From: a virus | IMG/VR virus record: IMGVR_UViG_2925639251_000002 | Length of the DNA stretch: 64,000 bases | Direction: 5' to 3' (one strand) | Part shown: positions 32,260 to 42,323 of the stretch, one piece after another | Layout of the letters: each line of letters begins with the position of its first letter | Numbering within the stretch: position 1 is the first letter of the stretch | Notes under the pieces: generated by a model | Databases searched by the model: none | Seen by the model: only the letters and a program-made list of their open reading frames with translations | Told to the model about the DNA's origin: nothing | Program-made: the position numbers and the translations under genes

Positions 32260-33780
32260 TTAAATAGGATTGTCATTACCGTTGGATGTGGCGGACTTCA
32301 CTGTGTTGTCGTTGTTTTTATTTCCTTCATTTGGGCGACCTGATTTATTCCCAGTGAAGGTATATGAAGTTTGATAAGGTCTAATTTTTTCTTGGAGTTT
32401 CAGTTCTTCGGTTTCATATAGAGTTTGTTCAAGGTAACTTTCCCAAGACACTCCTGCCAAATTATCAACAACGTGTTTAATAGACCAGCCCTTATCATTT
32501 AATTTAATTAAGATGTCCATTTTTTCTTTAAGAGTGAGCGGCTTGTCTTTATCGTAATTCATATAGTAATTGTCTTTTTGGGCAGCAGGCAAAATAAGGT
32601 TGAATAGCTTTTGATAAACCTCTTGTTCAATATCTTCCATTAAAACGCCAATACGCTTATAAAATGTATCCAAGTTTAATGACGAAGTTGCGTAATTACC
32701 TCCATCACCATTTAGAAGGGAGCCGGATAAGCCGTAAGCAGATTGAATGTCGCTATTGATATGGTCAAATTTTGCTCCATCTAATCCATCTGCTTTAACA
32801 TCTGGAAAGTTGATATCAGCAAAGTCAGGGATTGATACTACAGTTACTCCATCTTTTTGGTTCTTTTCTAAAGCTGCTTTAACCCCACCGTGAATTTTTT
32901 GTTTAACTGCTTTAGGCAGCTTCATGTTTGTGTATTCGCCATTACCTTTATCTGTTCCAATCGTTAGAACTGCAACAGCGTTAATAATTTTATTTGCAAT
33001 CGATCTTTCAACATCTTTAAGTTTCTTTTTATGGAGAACGTCATATAGACCTGGGGTAACCCAAGATGTTCCCAATCCTTGATTTCTTTTTAGCGTCCCT
33101 GTGCGTAGTGGAAAAGTTCTTTCTTGTGGCAATTCCTTAAATCGATATTTCTCTCGATCTTTCATGAAGTTTTCATAATCGCTTTGTTTAATATAAGGGG
33201 AGAGGCTTTTTAACAATTCATTTCTGTGATCATCTTTATACTTAGTGAACAGCTCCATGTCAACTACACATACCCAGTCTCCATTTCTTCTGAAGGAGGG
33301 GAATACATATTTAATTTCATCAAAAATAAACGGATAGGGATTCTTAGCATCCCCAAGCCATATACCAACAAGAGTGCCAGCTGTAGCTACCTGTTTTAAC
33401 AGATCCCTAGTAAGTCTTTTATGTTTGACCTTATGTAAGGATTTATTCAAAAGGGAAATGTGCTTATCTGAAGACTTAACTTTATTAAAGGAGTCAATTT
33501 TATAGTTGAGGGTCGGGAGGGCTTCAATCAATTCAAACAATTGGTGAATCTCTGCAGTCGAAATGTAAAAATACTCAGCAAGATCTTCAATTTCTTCTTG
33601 AAATTCATCGGGGTTAGAAAAATAATTCTTTAATTGTTCGGCTTCAATTTCCGTAACAATGCCATTGGAAAACATATTTGAGATAAAGCCGGAAGCAAAT
33701 GTAGAAGTATAAGTTGAATAGTCATTCAGCATTTGCTTATACTCTTCAGACTCAATGTCAACTTTATTTAAGGTTACCAT
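32260..33780 (-). CDS. yonE: Portal protein (probable)
   Basis: 506 aa, immediately downstream of terminase. Confidence 0.75.
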   Translation of the reverse strand: MVTLNKVDIESEEYKQMLNDYSTYTSTFASGFISNMFSNGIVTEIEAEQLKNYFSNPDEFQEEIEDLAEYFYISTAEIHQLFELIEALPTLNYKIDSFNKVKSSDKHISLLNKSLHKVKHKRLTRDLLKQVATAGTLVGIWLGDAKNPYPFIFDEIKYVFPSFRRNGDWVCVVDMELFTKYKDDHRNELLKSLSPYIKQSDYENFMKDREKYRFKELPQERTFPLRTGTLKRNQGLGTSWVTPGLYDVLHKKKLKDVERSIANKIINAVAVLTIGTDKGNGEYTNMKLPKAVKQKIHGGVKAALEKNQKDGVTVVSIPDFADINFPDVKADGLDGAKFDHINSDIQSAYGLSGSLLNGDGGNYATSSLNLDTFYKRIGVLMEDIEQEVYQKLFNLILPAAQKDNYYMNYDKDKPLTLKEKMDILIKLNDKGWSIKHVVDNLAGVSWESYLEQTLYETEELKLQEKIRPYQTSYTFTGNKSGRPNEGNKNNDNTVKSATSNGNDNPI

Positions 33781-33797
33781 GTTTCACCTCATTTCTT

Positions 33798-35567
33798 TTA
33801 AAAATAGACTAGTTCATCTTCAACGTCATATTCAGTTTGTTTGTTTAACTGTCTTTCTAATACAGTAGCAATATAGTTGCCATAAGCCACTGAGCTATAT
33901 CTGTCTTTTCGTTTACTCTTTGGCTCTTTAAGCTTAACTTGTCCGTTATCGCTATATTCAGCTTCCAAGTTGATCATTTCATTTATCAGGAGGGTAATCT
34001 GAGCATAGCTTGAAAGGAATTTTCCTTTAACTTCAGGAGATAACCCTTCATAGCCTTTAAATCTTTTCAGATATTCTTTTCCTTCATTTTCGTTGATAGG
34101 AATTTTGATTTTTCCTCGTTTGAATCCATCTTTGAGTAATACAGCAATTTCGCTGTTTAATTGTGCATTACCTTTAATGCTATAAATTACTTTTTCGGCA
34201 TTTTGATAAGTACAACGCTCAGCCATTCTTTCATCGTTAATACATGAAAATGGCTCATATTCTTTTGCGCGTTCTTTATCATATAAAGGCTGGCATAAAG
34301 CATCATACACACCAAGTCCGATACTTTGAGTATCTAATACAATATAATCGCAATCATAATCTTCGTATATTTGTCGAATTCTTGTTGCTTGAGTTCCTGT
34401 GTGACCGCCTACGATGCTCTCCATGTATACAATATGACGATCATATCCATTGGAGTTTGGAATCAGTCTGAATACAGTGTAAACACTGGCATCATTATCC
34501 TTACCGGCCATTCCAGCGATATCATTGCTTACCAGTCTAATTTCTCCTGGTTTCTTGCCTTCATATTTAAAGTTGGAATCCTTGATTAGACTGTAATAGT
34601 CAGGAGGGAAGAGGGGAGAAGCAAGTTTGCGGTTCTTTTCAATGTCTTCAAATTTAAAATAGGCTTTTTCAGATTCACCAAACCAGAGAGCTTCCATTTC
34701 CATAGACCAACCGATAGGATCAAAGTCTTCTTCGGCCATTTCATCTCTAACCTGATCTTTATCCAAAAGGCCTTCTTTAATTGCGATCTGATAAGGGAGA
34801 CCGCACACAAAATATTTTGATCCTTTCATCATGGCATTGTAGTAAGTTATGAATCTGTTAAATGACCAATGAACCTTGTACCAGCAGGAAGACAAGTAAA
34901 TTTCTTTGTTTCGTTCTTTTAAGTGAGCGTATTCTTCTTTTTCAAGATATTTAGGAGAACGGGGAGCTGTCAGGAATTTTCGAAGTACTTTACTGATGAT
35001 TTCAAAATCAACCATTCTGAATTCATCTACAATAAGGAGGTTTGCACGCTTAGAGCGGGCGCCATCATTTGAGGCTACGATTTTAATCCAGCTGCCATTA
35101 TGAAACTCCACTTTAGCATCATTTGTTGAGGTTTTTAAATCTTCAATTTCTCGCCTTAAATTAGGTGATTCTTTGCGTAAGTCATCAATTTTCTCTATGA
35201 CTTCACGAGCCTGTCCCTTTGTGCCCGATGCGATAACTATTTTAGTACCTGGGAAGAGTATGGCTTGCACACAGCAGTATACAGAGGTTAACCAAGTTTT
35301 ACCCTGCCCACGACTGGCCAAGTACATAAAATAATGGTTATGTACCATCATGTAAATTAAAATACATTGAAACAATTTAAGGGTAATACCCAAGTATTCT
35401 TTTACAAAACGATGTGGGTTTGCTCTATAGAAAGAAGTCCATGCGCCGATACCATCCATTAATCGTTCGGATTTTGATTTCTTTTTAAAGTTGTTTCCCT
35501 TTTTAAAAATATTGATTCCTCGACTGTGCTTGTTGCGATCTGTTGTAAAATTTTTATGTGAGGTCAT
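33798..35567 (-). CDS. yonF: Terminase large subunit
   Basis: Walker A ASRGQGKT, Walker B LLIVDE, nuclease acidic motifs (NDIAG, KDRYSS); start corrected to MTSHK. Confidence 0.92.
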   Translation of the reverse strand: MTSHKNFTTDRNKHSRGINIFKKGNNFKKKSKSERLMDGIGAWTSFYRANPHRFVKEYLGITLKLFQCILIYMMVHNHYFMYLASRGQGKTWLTSVYCCVQAILFPGTKIVIASGTKGQAREVIEKIDDLRKESPNLRREIEDLKTSTNDAKVEFHNGSWIKIVASNDGARSKRANLLIVDEFRMVDFEIISKVLRKFLTAPRSPKYLEKEEYAHLKERNKEIYLSSCWYKVHWSFNRFITYYNAMMKGSKYFVCGLPYQIAIKEGLLDKDQVRDEMAEEDFDPIGWSMEMEALWFGESEKAYFKFEDIEKNRKLASPLFPPDYYSLIKDSNFKYEGKKPGEIRLVSNDIAGMAGKDNDASVYTVFRLIPNSNGYDRHIVYMESIVGGHTGTQATRIRQIYEDYDCDYIVLDTQSIGLGVYDALCQPLYDKERAKEYEPFSCINDERMAERCTYQNAEKVIYSIKGNAQLNSEIAVLLKDGFKRGKIKIPINENEGKEYLKRFKGYEGLSPEVKGKFLSSYAQITLLINEMINLEAEYSDNGQVKLKEPKSKRKDRYSSVAYGNYIATVLERQLNKQTEYDVEDELVYF

Positions 35568-36474
35568 TTTCTCGATCCTCTTCTTCTGCAACTGGTTCTT
35601 CAACAGTATGCTTATTCATTTCTTCCCAATATTCCTCTGAATATTGATTTTTCAAACCAAGCATTCGGGACAGATGCCCAAGGAAAAATACCTTAATGTA
35701 TTTCCCGATTTTATCAGGATCTTTCCACCTCGGCTCCGGCTCAGGAATAGGTCTCTCATTCTCATATTTTTTGATCAGAGTGCCAAAAGACTCTTGTTCA
35801 ACTCCACTTGCTCCAGTTTCTTGAACAGGTTTTAAATTACTTGATCCAAGTAAATCTTGAAGAGTTTTTTGTTGCTGATCGACTTTTTCACCATTTTCCC
35901 GCCGTTTGCGTATATCTAACCGAGTCAAACATATTTCATTTATAAGAAGTTCCATTCCCTTAGAGTCGCATTCATACCTATTCGTGAAGTCAATGTACTC
36001 ATTCTGAAGCCAAATGTAATCTTCAACATCAAGACCACGACCCCAGAATTGCATTAATTCATCTATGTCTTCCTTAGATATATCTTCTGTACTTTTAGCT
36101 AGTAACAATTGTGTTGTGTATTCTTGTTCTTCTTCAAAGTCAAACTCACTGTCTGCCCAAGTTTTTGACTTGTAATCTTTCATTCCGATATTTTTCATAT
36201 ACGTACCTAACACATTTCCAGCTGATTTTTTCTTGGACTCTGATTCATTAACAGCGGAAACCCATAAGTCGTAAACAAATGGACGATCAATCATTCTCAA
36301 GATGTTTTGCACATTCTTTAAGTTATCTTTGTCTTTTTGGAATTCATTTTGGAGACAGCTTTTACATACTGACAGCTTGCCGGTTGCAGAATTGAAAGGA
36401 GATTCCGAGATATAATATTGATTGGCATTTTGTTCTTTGCCGCAGCATGAGCATTTTATTTTTTCTGCAGACAT
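35554..36474 (-). CDS. yonG: YonG-like Zn-finger protein, probable terminase small subunit
   Basis: CSCCGK...CKSC; directly upstream of terL. Confidence 0.7.
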   Translation of the reverse strand: MSAEKIKCSCCGKEQNANQYYISESPFNSATGKLSVCKSCLQNEFQKDKDNLKNVQNILRMIDRPFVYDLWVSAVNESESKKKSAGNVLGTYMKNIGMKDYKSKTWADSEFDFEEEQEYTTQLLLAKSTEDISKEDIDELMQFWGRGLDVEDYIWLQNEYIDFTNRYECDSKGMELLINEICLTRLDIRKRRENGEKVDQQQKTLQDLLGSSNLKPVQETGASGVEQESFGTLIKKYENERPIPEPEPRWKDPDKIGKYIKVFFLGHLSRMLGLKNQYSEEYWEEMNKHTVEEPVAEEEDRENDLT

Positions 36475-36574
36475 ATTTCACCTCCAAAGTTGATGTAAAC
36501 ACATTTTATAAAACGCCCAGCAATAGAGCGGAAGGGGAGTACCGCAATCATCTCTGGGCGTTCTAAAAAGGTGC

Positions 36575-37117
36575 TTAAACTAAAGAAGAGAGGATTTCAT
36601 CGTGATGAAACCCTCCTTTGATCGCAATTCCTAATTTTTTAATTGTTTTGAGTTGATCTTTATTAACAGTACAGTCAATATAGACGCCATTCGGAAAATG
36701 ATTACCTTCTAAATAATTGGCTGAGAAAATAGTACAACTAATTCCTTTTTCTTTAGCCAAGTCTTTATAAATCTCTTTATGTGCACCTACAAGTAAAGGG
36801 ATATTATTCTCTTGTGATAACCTAAGAAGAAGAGTTGTTTTGCCTTTACCTCTCTGAGAATCATTTACCAGAAGAACCTTAGGTGCATTTTTATGGAATT
36901 TTTCTTGTAGTGATTTATCAACGTCATTAAATACAAATTTCATTCGCTTGAATGGAGGTTCGATTTTATCTCCAAAAATAGTTAAATGAATAGCTTCTAA
37001 TACTCGCTTAATCTCAGCATCACATTTGTATCCAGACTGTTTTAACTCTGAGAGAGTTTCTAAGTGCTTATTCAGATATTTAAAGTCTTCATTCGTCATT
37101 TTCTTCTTCATCCTCAA
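36575..37117 (-). CDS. yonH: YonH-like P-loop-containing protein
   Basis: RGKGKTT motif; synteny. Confidence 0.65.
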   Translation of the reverse strand: MRMKKKMTNEDFKYLNKHLETLSELKQSGYKCDAEIKRVLEAIHLTIFGDKIEPPFKRMKFVFNDVDKSLQEKFHKNAPKVLLVNDSQRGKGKTTLLLRLSQENNIPLLVGAHKEIYKDLAKEKGISCTIFSANYLEGNHFPNGVYIDCTVNKDQLKTIKKLGIAIKGGFHHDEILSSLV

Positions 37118-37179
37118 ACGGTCGTTTTTTGTATTACTTTAATAAACCTTTTTGTAGTCAGCTATTAATGTGACTCCAA

Positions 37180-37207
37180 TCTAAATAAAATTAAAGTTTT
37201 ATATCAA
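37180..37207. repeat. 28-bp palindromic 11-6-11 site, copy 4
   Basis: TCTAAATAAAA-TTAAAG-TTTTATATCAA. Confidence 0.65.
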
Positions 37208-37311
37208 TTAACAATTAAATTTACTAGAGTGTTCTTGCTTTCAGGGGACAGGTTGTCCCACTGTTCTGCTAATATTCCTATAAATTCATTGGCAGACATA
37301 GAATCATCCCT

Positions 37312-38511
37312 TTACTTTTCATTTTTAAAGCGAATAATGTAAGTAGCCTCAATACCATTATCATCAAAGACCATAAACTTTTGAGACGGTTTCGTGCCAA
37401 AGCGACCTTGCATAGCATAATCATCAGCGCCAACAAGCGCTCCATTTACAACAACTGTTGTGCTGCCATATTCTTTTTCATAGTTGTGATGAATATGACC
37501 ACCGAATATGTAAGAAGGGATATAGCCAAGTAATTGAGGTAGGCGGGTTACGCATTGATCAACACGATCATAGTGACCGTGGACAAACACGACTTCTTGA
37601 TTGTTGATTTTAGCGGGGATAAAACCATCTTGTTCCGGTTCGATGGAAATGTTTTTAATATCTCTTAATCTAGCTTCGAGATACCAATTAATGAGGTATT
37701 CAAAGTTTTCTTTAATCCCTACATCATTTTTAGAAGGGGAGAGGCGACCATGATTCCCTGCCACGTTGTAGAACTTAACCTCTTGAAACTCACTTGCTAA
37801 CATAGCTAACACCTCAGCAAGCGTTTCTGACACATATTTAATTTGCTCTACAGCATCTTCATTAGCCTGAACTCTTGTTGAAACATGTATAAGACCTCCA
37901 ATTAAATCGCCAAGATTTGCAACATGTAATGTGGAGACATGATTCTTCTTTCCATACTCAATTACTTTGTTTGTGAGATGTTCAACTCGTTCATCGAATA
38001 TTTCTTTATTGAACTTATTGATGCGGTTATCGATTTCCATTCCGAAGTGCCAGTCACTGAATAAAGCAAGCCCATGCTTTTCAGCTGCAGCAGGGAGGGG
38101 GAAAGTGAAACGAAGAGGTCTTTTTGATTCTAAATTAACAATAGCTTGGACTACATCATCCTTGATTTGTTCAAAGCGAGCTTGATTCGCTATACTTTTT
38201 CTATATTCTCTTTTTTGGTCACGAGTTCTAATCTTTTCTTTTTCAGATTGTAGTCGCACTTCCTCGTATTTCTTAAGAATTTCTTCATCCAAATTCTTGG
38301 ACATTATGTAATCATTCCAACGTTCATATTGCTTAAAATCTTTGCGCCATTTACTCTCATCATAATTTGTACCTTGATCTTTGTTTAAAAGAGCGGCAAT
38401 GGTTTTAGTATCAATGTGATAAGTATCTTTATTTTTAAAAAGTCGGATGTGGTAGTCGGTAAAGGATTCTTCCTTTTCACGGTGCAACACAGGGTTTAAA
38501 ATAGCTGTCAT
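37312..38511 (-). CDS. yonJ: Calcineurin-like metallophosphoesterase YonJ
   Basis: SDWHFG, GDLI, GNHGR, HGH, GHIHH motifs. Confidence 0.88.
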   Translation of the reverse strand: MTAILNPVLHREKEESFTDYHIRLFKNKDTYHIDTKTIAALLNKDQGTNYDESKWRKDFKQYERWNDYIMSKNLDEEILKKYEEVRLQSEKEKIRTRDQKREYRKSIANQARFEQIKDDVVQAIVNLESKRPLRFTFPLPAAAEKHGLALFSDWHFGMEIDNRINKFNKEIFDERVEHLTNKVIEYGKKNHVSTLHVANLGDLIGGLIHVSTRVQANEDAVEQIKYVSETLAEVLAMLASEFQEVKFYNVAGNHGRLSPSKNDVGIKENFEYLINWYLEARLRDIKNISIEPEQDGFIPAKINNQEVVFVHGHYDRVDQCVTRLPQLLGYIPSYIFGGHIHHNYEKEYGSTTVVVNGALVGADDYAMQGRFGTKPSQKFMVFDDNGIEATYIIRFKNEK

Positions 38512-38522
38512 TTAGTCACCGC

Positions 38523-38732
38523 CTACTCAGAGAGTCCTTCAGTTTCTTGAGGCACAACTTCACTGTCGCTTTTTAAAGTGAAATCAATCGGTTCTGTTTT
38601 GCTTTCAATTTCTCTTAAGTACTTAGATAATGAGTGGATATGTATCCCATCATTTTTATACTCAATAATTTGATCTTCATCAACGTTCACAGTGCATTTT
38701 TTAAAAGAATATTCTTTCTTACCTTTAGCCAA
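38523..38732 (-). CDS. yonK: YonK-family protein
   Basis: Small protein upstream of yonJ with GGAGG RBS and TTG start. Confidence 0.7.
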   Translation of the reverse strand: MAKGKKEYSFKKCTVNVDEDQIIEYKNDGIHIHSLSKYLREIESKTEPIDFTLKSDSEVVPQETEGLSE

Positions 38733-38771
38733 GACGATTCCTCCAATTATTTGTTTTATTTACGTACAATA

Positions 38772-38985
38772 AGCTCCTTCGGAAGCCCGATGATCCGAAG
38801 CATCGGTAACATCCGAGAAGGGGACATAAAGGAGATGAAAGATAAGTCGGATAGGCGTTGGGGAAACGCCCGAAGGAGATTATTGATAGCTTACGTACCG
38901 GAAGGCTCGTAAGTACATTCCGGCTGATCGATAAAGTAAAACGCAAGCACAAAAAGACCTCCGCCGTAAGGTGCGGAAGCCTTTT
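38772..38985. ncRNA. Putative structured RNA (GC-rich multi-hairpin element upstream of yonK)
   Basis: CTCCTTCGG...CCGAAGGAG closing helix enclosing CCGATG/CATCGG and GGCGTT/AACGCC hairpins; further CCGGAA/TTCCGG and CCGC/GCGG hairpins. Confidence 0.45.
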
Positions 38986-39153
38986 TCTGACTGCTTTCAG
39001 ATTGAGAAAGAATGCGTATAGCATTAATCCTCCAGCTAATGGAATATTTGAATTAGGTCATAACCCTCGTCTTCCAACGGTTTTAATTAACCCATCTCAC
39101 CTACATCAGTAACTCACGTAGGAACGTAAGCCTTCGGATTGACAGGGAAATCT

Positions 39154-39186
39154 GAAAAAAACAAAAGGCGTCATAATGACGTCTTC
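39154..39186 (-). terminator. Rho-independent terminator downstream of the DIP1984-like gene and its RNA
   Basis: Minus strand GACGTCATTATGACGCC hairpin followed by TTTTGTTTTTTT. Confidence 0.7.
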
Positions 39187-39224
39187 AGGAACTCCTTGTA
39201 CAGCATGGCACATGAGTTAAATTA

Positions 39225-39490
39225 TTGGAACAACAGAGAACAGAGTATATTTTTGATTAAAATATCACTAATAAAGGTTTGCGTCCGTAAACTCGTAAAT
39301 CTCGTAATTCGTAAGCTGTAAAACGTAATCCGTCTCCAACCTAGGAAATAAATGAGTTTTGGTATTACAGTTTAGATACGCTCTAAACTAAAGCGGCTTT
39401 CTACTTCTCTGTTGTCCAAGCTGGGTAGTTTTACACCCAGCTATCAAGATAAAAGTGATTTTACCCTCATAGCTAAGTTAAAACCTTAGC
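39225..39490 (-). ncRNA. Putative structured RNA with tandem UUAC(G) repeats, 3' of the DIP1984-like gene
   Basis: 15-bp long-range helix (39225-39240 with 39405-39419), internal and flanking hairpins, six GTAA repeats at 39285-39328. Confidence 0.55.
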
Positions 39491-39492
39491 TT

Positions 39493-40008
39493 TTATAAAT
39501 ACTTATCTGCAGCTTCAAACTCAATTTCATAATTATGATTAGCTTTTTCAATAGAGTTTGAAAGACGATTAGCCATTCTTTCTAACTTTAATCCTTTAGC
39601 TTGCATTTTATCAGGATCAAACAAGGCTTCACGATAACTAATAACATCAGAATAAGAATTTACTCGTTCAGTTTTCTGAGAACGACCGTAGCTTTTGAGT
39701 TTATTCGCTTCGCCTCTAAGTTGCTGTGCTAATTCAAGCGCTTCTGTGATCGATAATTCCTTTTCATCCCACAAAACTTTTGCATCCAGGTTGGCTTTAG
39801 CTATTAGTACTACCAATTCACGATAATCTTTTTTAGTCGATTCTAGCTCAGCTGTGATTTGGTCTACAGTTTTTGTTGGTTTTGTATATTTTTCATCCTT
39901 ATCATGCTCAACATATGCAACACTATCTCGTTCCTGTAAAAGTTCCTGAATACGTTTTGAGATTGCATTTCTTAAAGGTAAAGCTTCAAATAAAGCGATT
40001 TTTGACAT
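39493..40008 (-). CDS. DIP1984-like (DUF6847-type) alpha-helical protein
   Basis: N-terminal LFEALPLRNAISKRIQEL, internal repeat SITEALELAQQL, two KAN motifs near the helix ends; resembles DIP1984 family from recall; AAGGAG RBS. Confidence 0.65.
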   Translation of the reverse strand: MSKIALFEALPLRNAISKRIQELLQERDSVAYVEHDKDEKYTKPTKTVDQITAELESTKKDYRELVVLIAKANLDAKVLWDEKELSITEALELAQQLRGEANKLKSYGRSQKTERVNSYSDVISYREALFDPDKMQAKGLKLERMANRLSNSIEKANHNYEIEFEAADKYL

Positions 40009-40560
40009 TTATTATCTTCTCCTTTAGACATACATCTTTTATATTCTAATAGATTCTTAAATAAATTGCCAATAAAACAAATTTTATACTTAGTTTTAAT
40101 CAAAACATTTGAAAAGGTAAGACCCATATAACCCTTTTCAGAGACATTCCTATCTTTTCTTGTCAGGTCACACACCTTATCTACATACAATGCGTGTAGA
40201 TCGCAAGTCTCTTATTTTGCACAGTTTTCTCTGACTCGTGTAAGGAGGTATGTGCATGGGAAAGGTAAGTTTCTTGAAGGAAAAGTAGCGAATAAATAGC
40301 GAATATGTTACTAAGTGAAAATGAAAAGGCAAGACCGAAAATAATCCTTTTCTGTGAAATGGGAGCGGTGAGCAAGCGCCCAAAAACCATTTCACTTATT
40401 TTACGAGGGTATGTAATTACAAAGCCTCGCTAACCCGGAAAAATTTTTATGTGGCCGCATAATAAGCATCAAAGCTTACAAGGGCATTATTTAAAGGGAA
40501 GGGAGACGCATCTACCTTACCTAAGTGCAAGCCGAAGCAATACACCGCAATTAATATTCA

Positions 40561-40645
40561 GGCTATATGCCACCCATAATAAGACCCTGATGGGATTCAG
40601 TCGCAATTTGCAATAATGCGTTAAGTCTTATCGGCATATTTAGCC
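40561..40645 (-). ncRNA. Putative three-way-junction RNA with possible pseudoknot
   Basis: Nested helices GGCUA..AUAUGCC/GGCAUAUAGCC, AUAAGAC/GUCUUAU, CGCA/UGCG, CUGA/UCAG; loop UCCCA can pair with UGGG. Confidence 0.4.
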
Positions 40646-40834
40646 CGATAATAGCCATTTACCTGTCTCTTTTAGATACAGACATTCGAGTTAACCTGAA
40701 CCCTCATAAATGACCATTATCCGACTAACTACAATGACCAGTTGTAGCTGTAAAGTCGAATTTAATGCTTTTGTTCGTATGAAAGAGAGAATAGACATGT
40801 TTAGAAAAAGCTTCATCCACGATGGGGCAATACC

Positions 40835-40898
40835 CCGCTAATATCCACTTATCCGAAATCCTGGCATTCCACGTCCTCAAACAAATGAATATTAGCGG
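40835..40898 (-). ncRNA. 22-bp RNA hairpin with five G-U pairs on the minus strand
   Basis: CCGCUAAUAUUCAUUUGUUUGA pairs fully with UCGGAUAAGUGGAUAUUAGCGG only as minus-strand RNA. Confidence 0.5.
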
Positions 40899-40986
40899 AG
40901 AACTGATATCCCACATATCAGTAAACAGCTTATTATTGACGACACCCCCATGCCATCAATAAAAGAACTCTAATTAACCAGGAGAT

Positions 40987-41101
40987 GAATGCGGGCGAGG
41001 ATTTGCACCTCGCATACAAACTTTGTTGTTTGGGTGTACACCCTGCTCCCTTTGTTTGCGTAACGGGCTTATCCGCGTCTACCTATTCCGCCACCACATT
41101 C
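40987..41101 (-). ncRNA. tRNA-like RNA (acceptor, D and T arms; anticodon/variable region replaced by ~60 nt)
   Basis: GAAUGUGG/CCGCAUUC acceptor-like stem, UGGCGGAAUAGGUAGACGC D arm, GCGAGG-UGCAAAU-CCUCGC T arm; no encoded CCA, no clear anticodon. Confidence 0.6.
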
Positions 41102-41144
41102 ATAGGTTAAAGAGGGGAGAGATACCAGTCCTTCACTTTATATA

Positions 41145-41420
41145 TTAAGCTTTCACTGCGTCTTTTAGAGCTTTAGCAGCCTTGAAGGCAGGTGCCTTTG
41201 TAGCTGGAATATCAATTTCCTCACCCGATTTTGGATTTCTCCCTTTACGAGCTGCTCGTTCTCGAACTTCAAATGTTCCAACTCCTGGAATCTTGATTGA
41301 TTCACCTTTTGTAAGTGTTTCAACAATAACATCAAATACTGCTTCTACTTTTGGCGTAGCTTCTTTCTTAGTAACTCCTAATTTTTCTGCAATTGCTCCA
41401 ACAAATTCTGTTTTGTTCAT
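41145..41420 (-). CDS. yonN: HU-family DNA-binding protein
   Basis: MNKTEFV...GTFEVRERAARKGRNPKSGEEIDIPA. Confidence 0.95.
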   Translation of the reverse strand: MNKTEFVGAIAEKLGVTKKEATPKVEAVFDVIVETLTKGESIKIPGVGTFEVRERAARKGRNPKSGEEIDIPATKAPAFKAAKALKDAVKA

Positions 41421-41672
41421 GTATTAATTCCTCCTAGTGATTTTGTTTATTTTTGTGTTAAAGTATAATTACGGTAACGTTTGTGATTTTTTGAAAAAAC
41501 GGGAGACTTACTCACCCTTATATGTGGAAATTAGCTTTCTTTCTCCCTTATGGCGATTATCTCAAAAGGGGCTTCCAGACCAGTCGCATCAAGGGTTTAA
41601 GGCACTTTTTTTGTTGAACTTTTTTCGGTGAAATCGCTGTACCCCTTGGGGGAGTAAGGCTGAAGGGACTTT

Positions 41673-42323
41673 CTATTTTTCTTCTTTCCTCCATTTATCC
41701 CTTTTCCACTTGTTTTTTTGCTTTTGTGCTATTTTCTTTGCACAGGTTGGACAATATTTCGCCTTGTTCGATGCTGATTTGAACATCTTACCGCAACTAC
41801 AGCATCCTCTATAAGTCTTTAAGTTATGTCTTAGATTCTCTAATAGAGTCTGGCCAAAGCACTCCCATAATGTTGATTTAAATTTGCTTTTCTTTTTATA
41901 TAAATGCTTAACCAAAACATCAGAAACATATTGCTCGTCGTTGTGAACCTTCATCAATCTGTCTTTTATAACCTTATAAACATAAAGTTTTTGTCCAGGC
42001 TTAATGTCTTCATCATTCATCAGCCATTTCTTGTTCTGGTCTAAACGTTTGTATTCACTAATAATTGCATCGTCCACTTTAATCTCTTTGTTCTTAAGCA
42101 GGAAACGATAATCGAACTTTCCTGCAACAGCTGCGAAATTAATTCGGTCATTAGGAATAATTGAGTCTAACTTATTTACTGTGCTTTCATTAATTAACTC
42201 AACGCTATGTTCTTCTTTATCCTTTGCATTGATGAAGAAGTGGGGCACTTTATTTTTTATGTAATCTTTGATTTTCTCATCAACGTGATCAGGGCGGGTG
42301 GGCATGAATAAGGTTTTTGCGAA
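41673..42323 (-). CDS. yonO: YonO RNA polymerase, exon 2 ([12 protein letters not shown]...; C-terminal Zn finger)
   Basis: Continues exon 1 in frame after removal of 42324-43612; the spliced product is 841 aa. Confidence 0.85.
   Translation of the reverse strand, partial: FAKTLFMPTRPDHVDEKIKDYIKNKVPHFFINAKDKEEHSVELINESTVNKLDSIIPNDRINFAAVAGKFDYRFLLKNKEIKVDDAIISEYKRLDQNKKWLMNDEDIKPGQKLYVYKVIKDRLMKVHNDEQYVSDVLVKHLYKKKSKFKSTLWECFGQTLLENLRHNLKTYRGCCSCGKMFKSASNKAKYCPTCAKKIAQKQKNKWKRDKWRKEEK

Noticed and set aside
39060-39150. Hammerhead or hatchet ribozyme suggested by CTGATG and CTTCGG
   Set aside because: I could not place the required GAAA core or the other conserved elements
38634-39321. Several short ORFs on both strands (38634-38912, 38725-39024, 38858-39112, 39139-39321)
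   Set aside because: Mutually overlapping, lacking convincing RBSs and atypical in composition; better explained by structured non-coding sequence
39285-39328. CRISPR array
   Set aside because: Repeats are only 4-5 nt with a 7-9 nt period, have no unique spacers, and no cas genes are present
39444-40092. TAAAA-N4-TTTTA at 39450 and 40073 as further 28-bp sites
   Set aside because: The spacer is 4 bp rather than 6 and the outer TCT/AGA arms are missing
39972-40916. Short ORFs 39972-40190, 40177-40395, 40181-40390 and 40725-40916
   Set aside because: No recognisable motifs or strong RBS; they overlap RNA-like helices
40987-41101. Canonical tRNA gene
   Set aside because: No 5-bp/7-nt anticodon arm, TGC instead of TTC in the T loop and no CCA; kept only as tRNA-like
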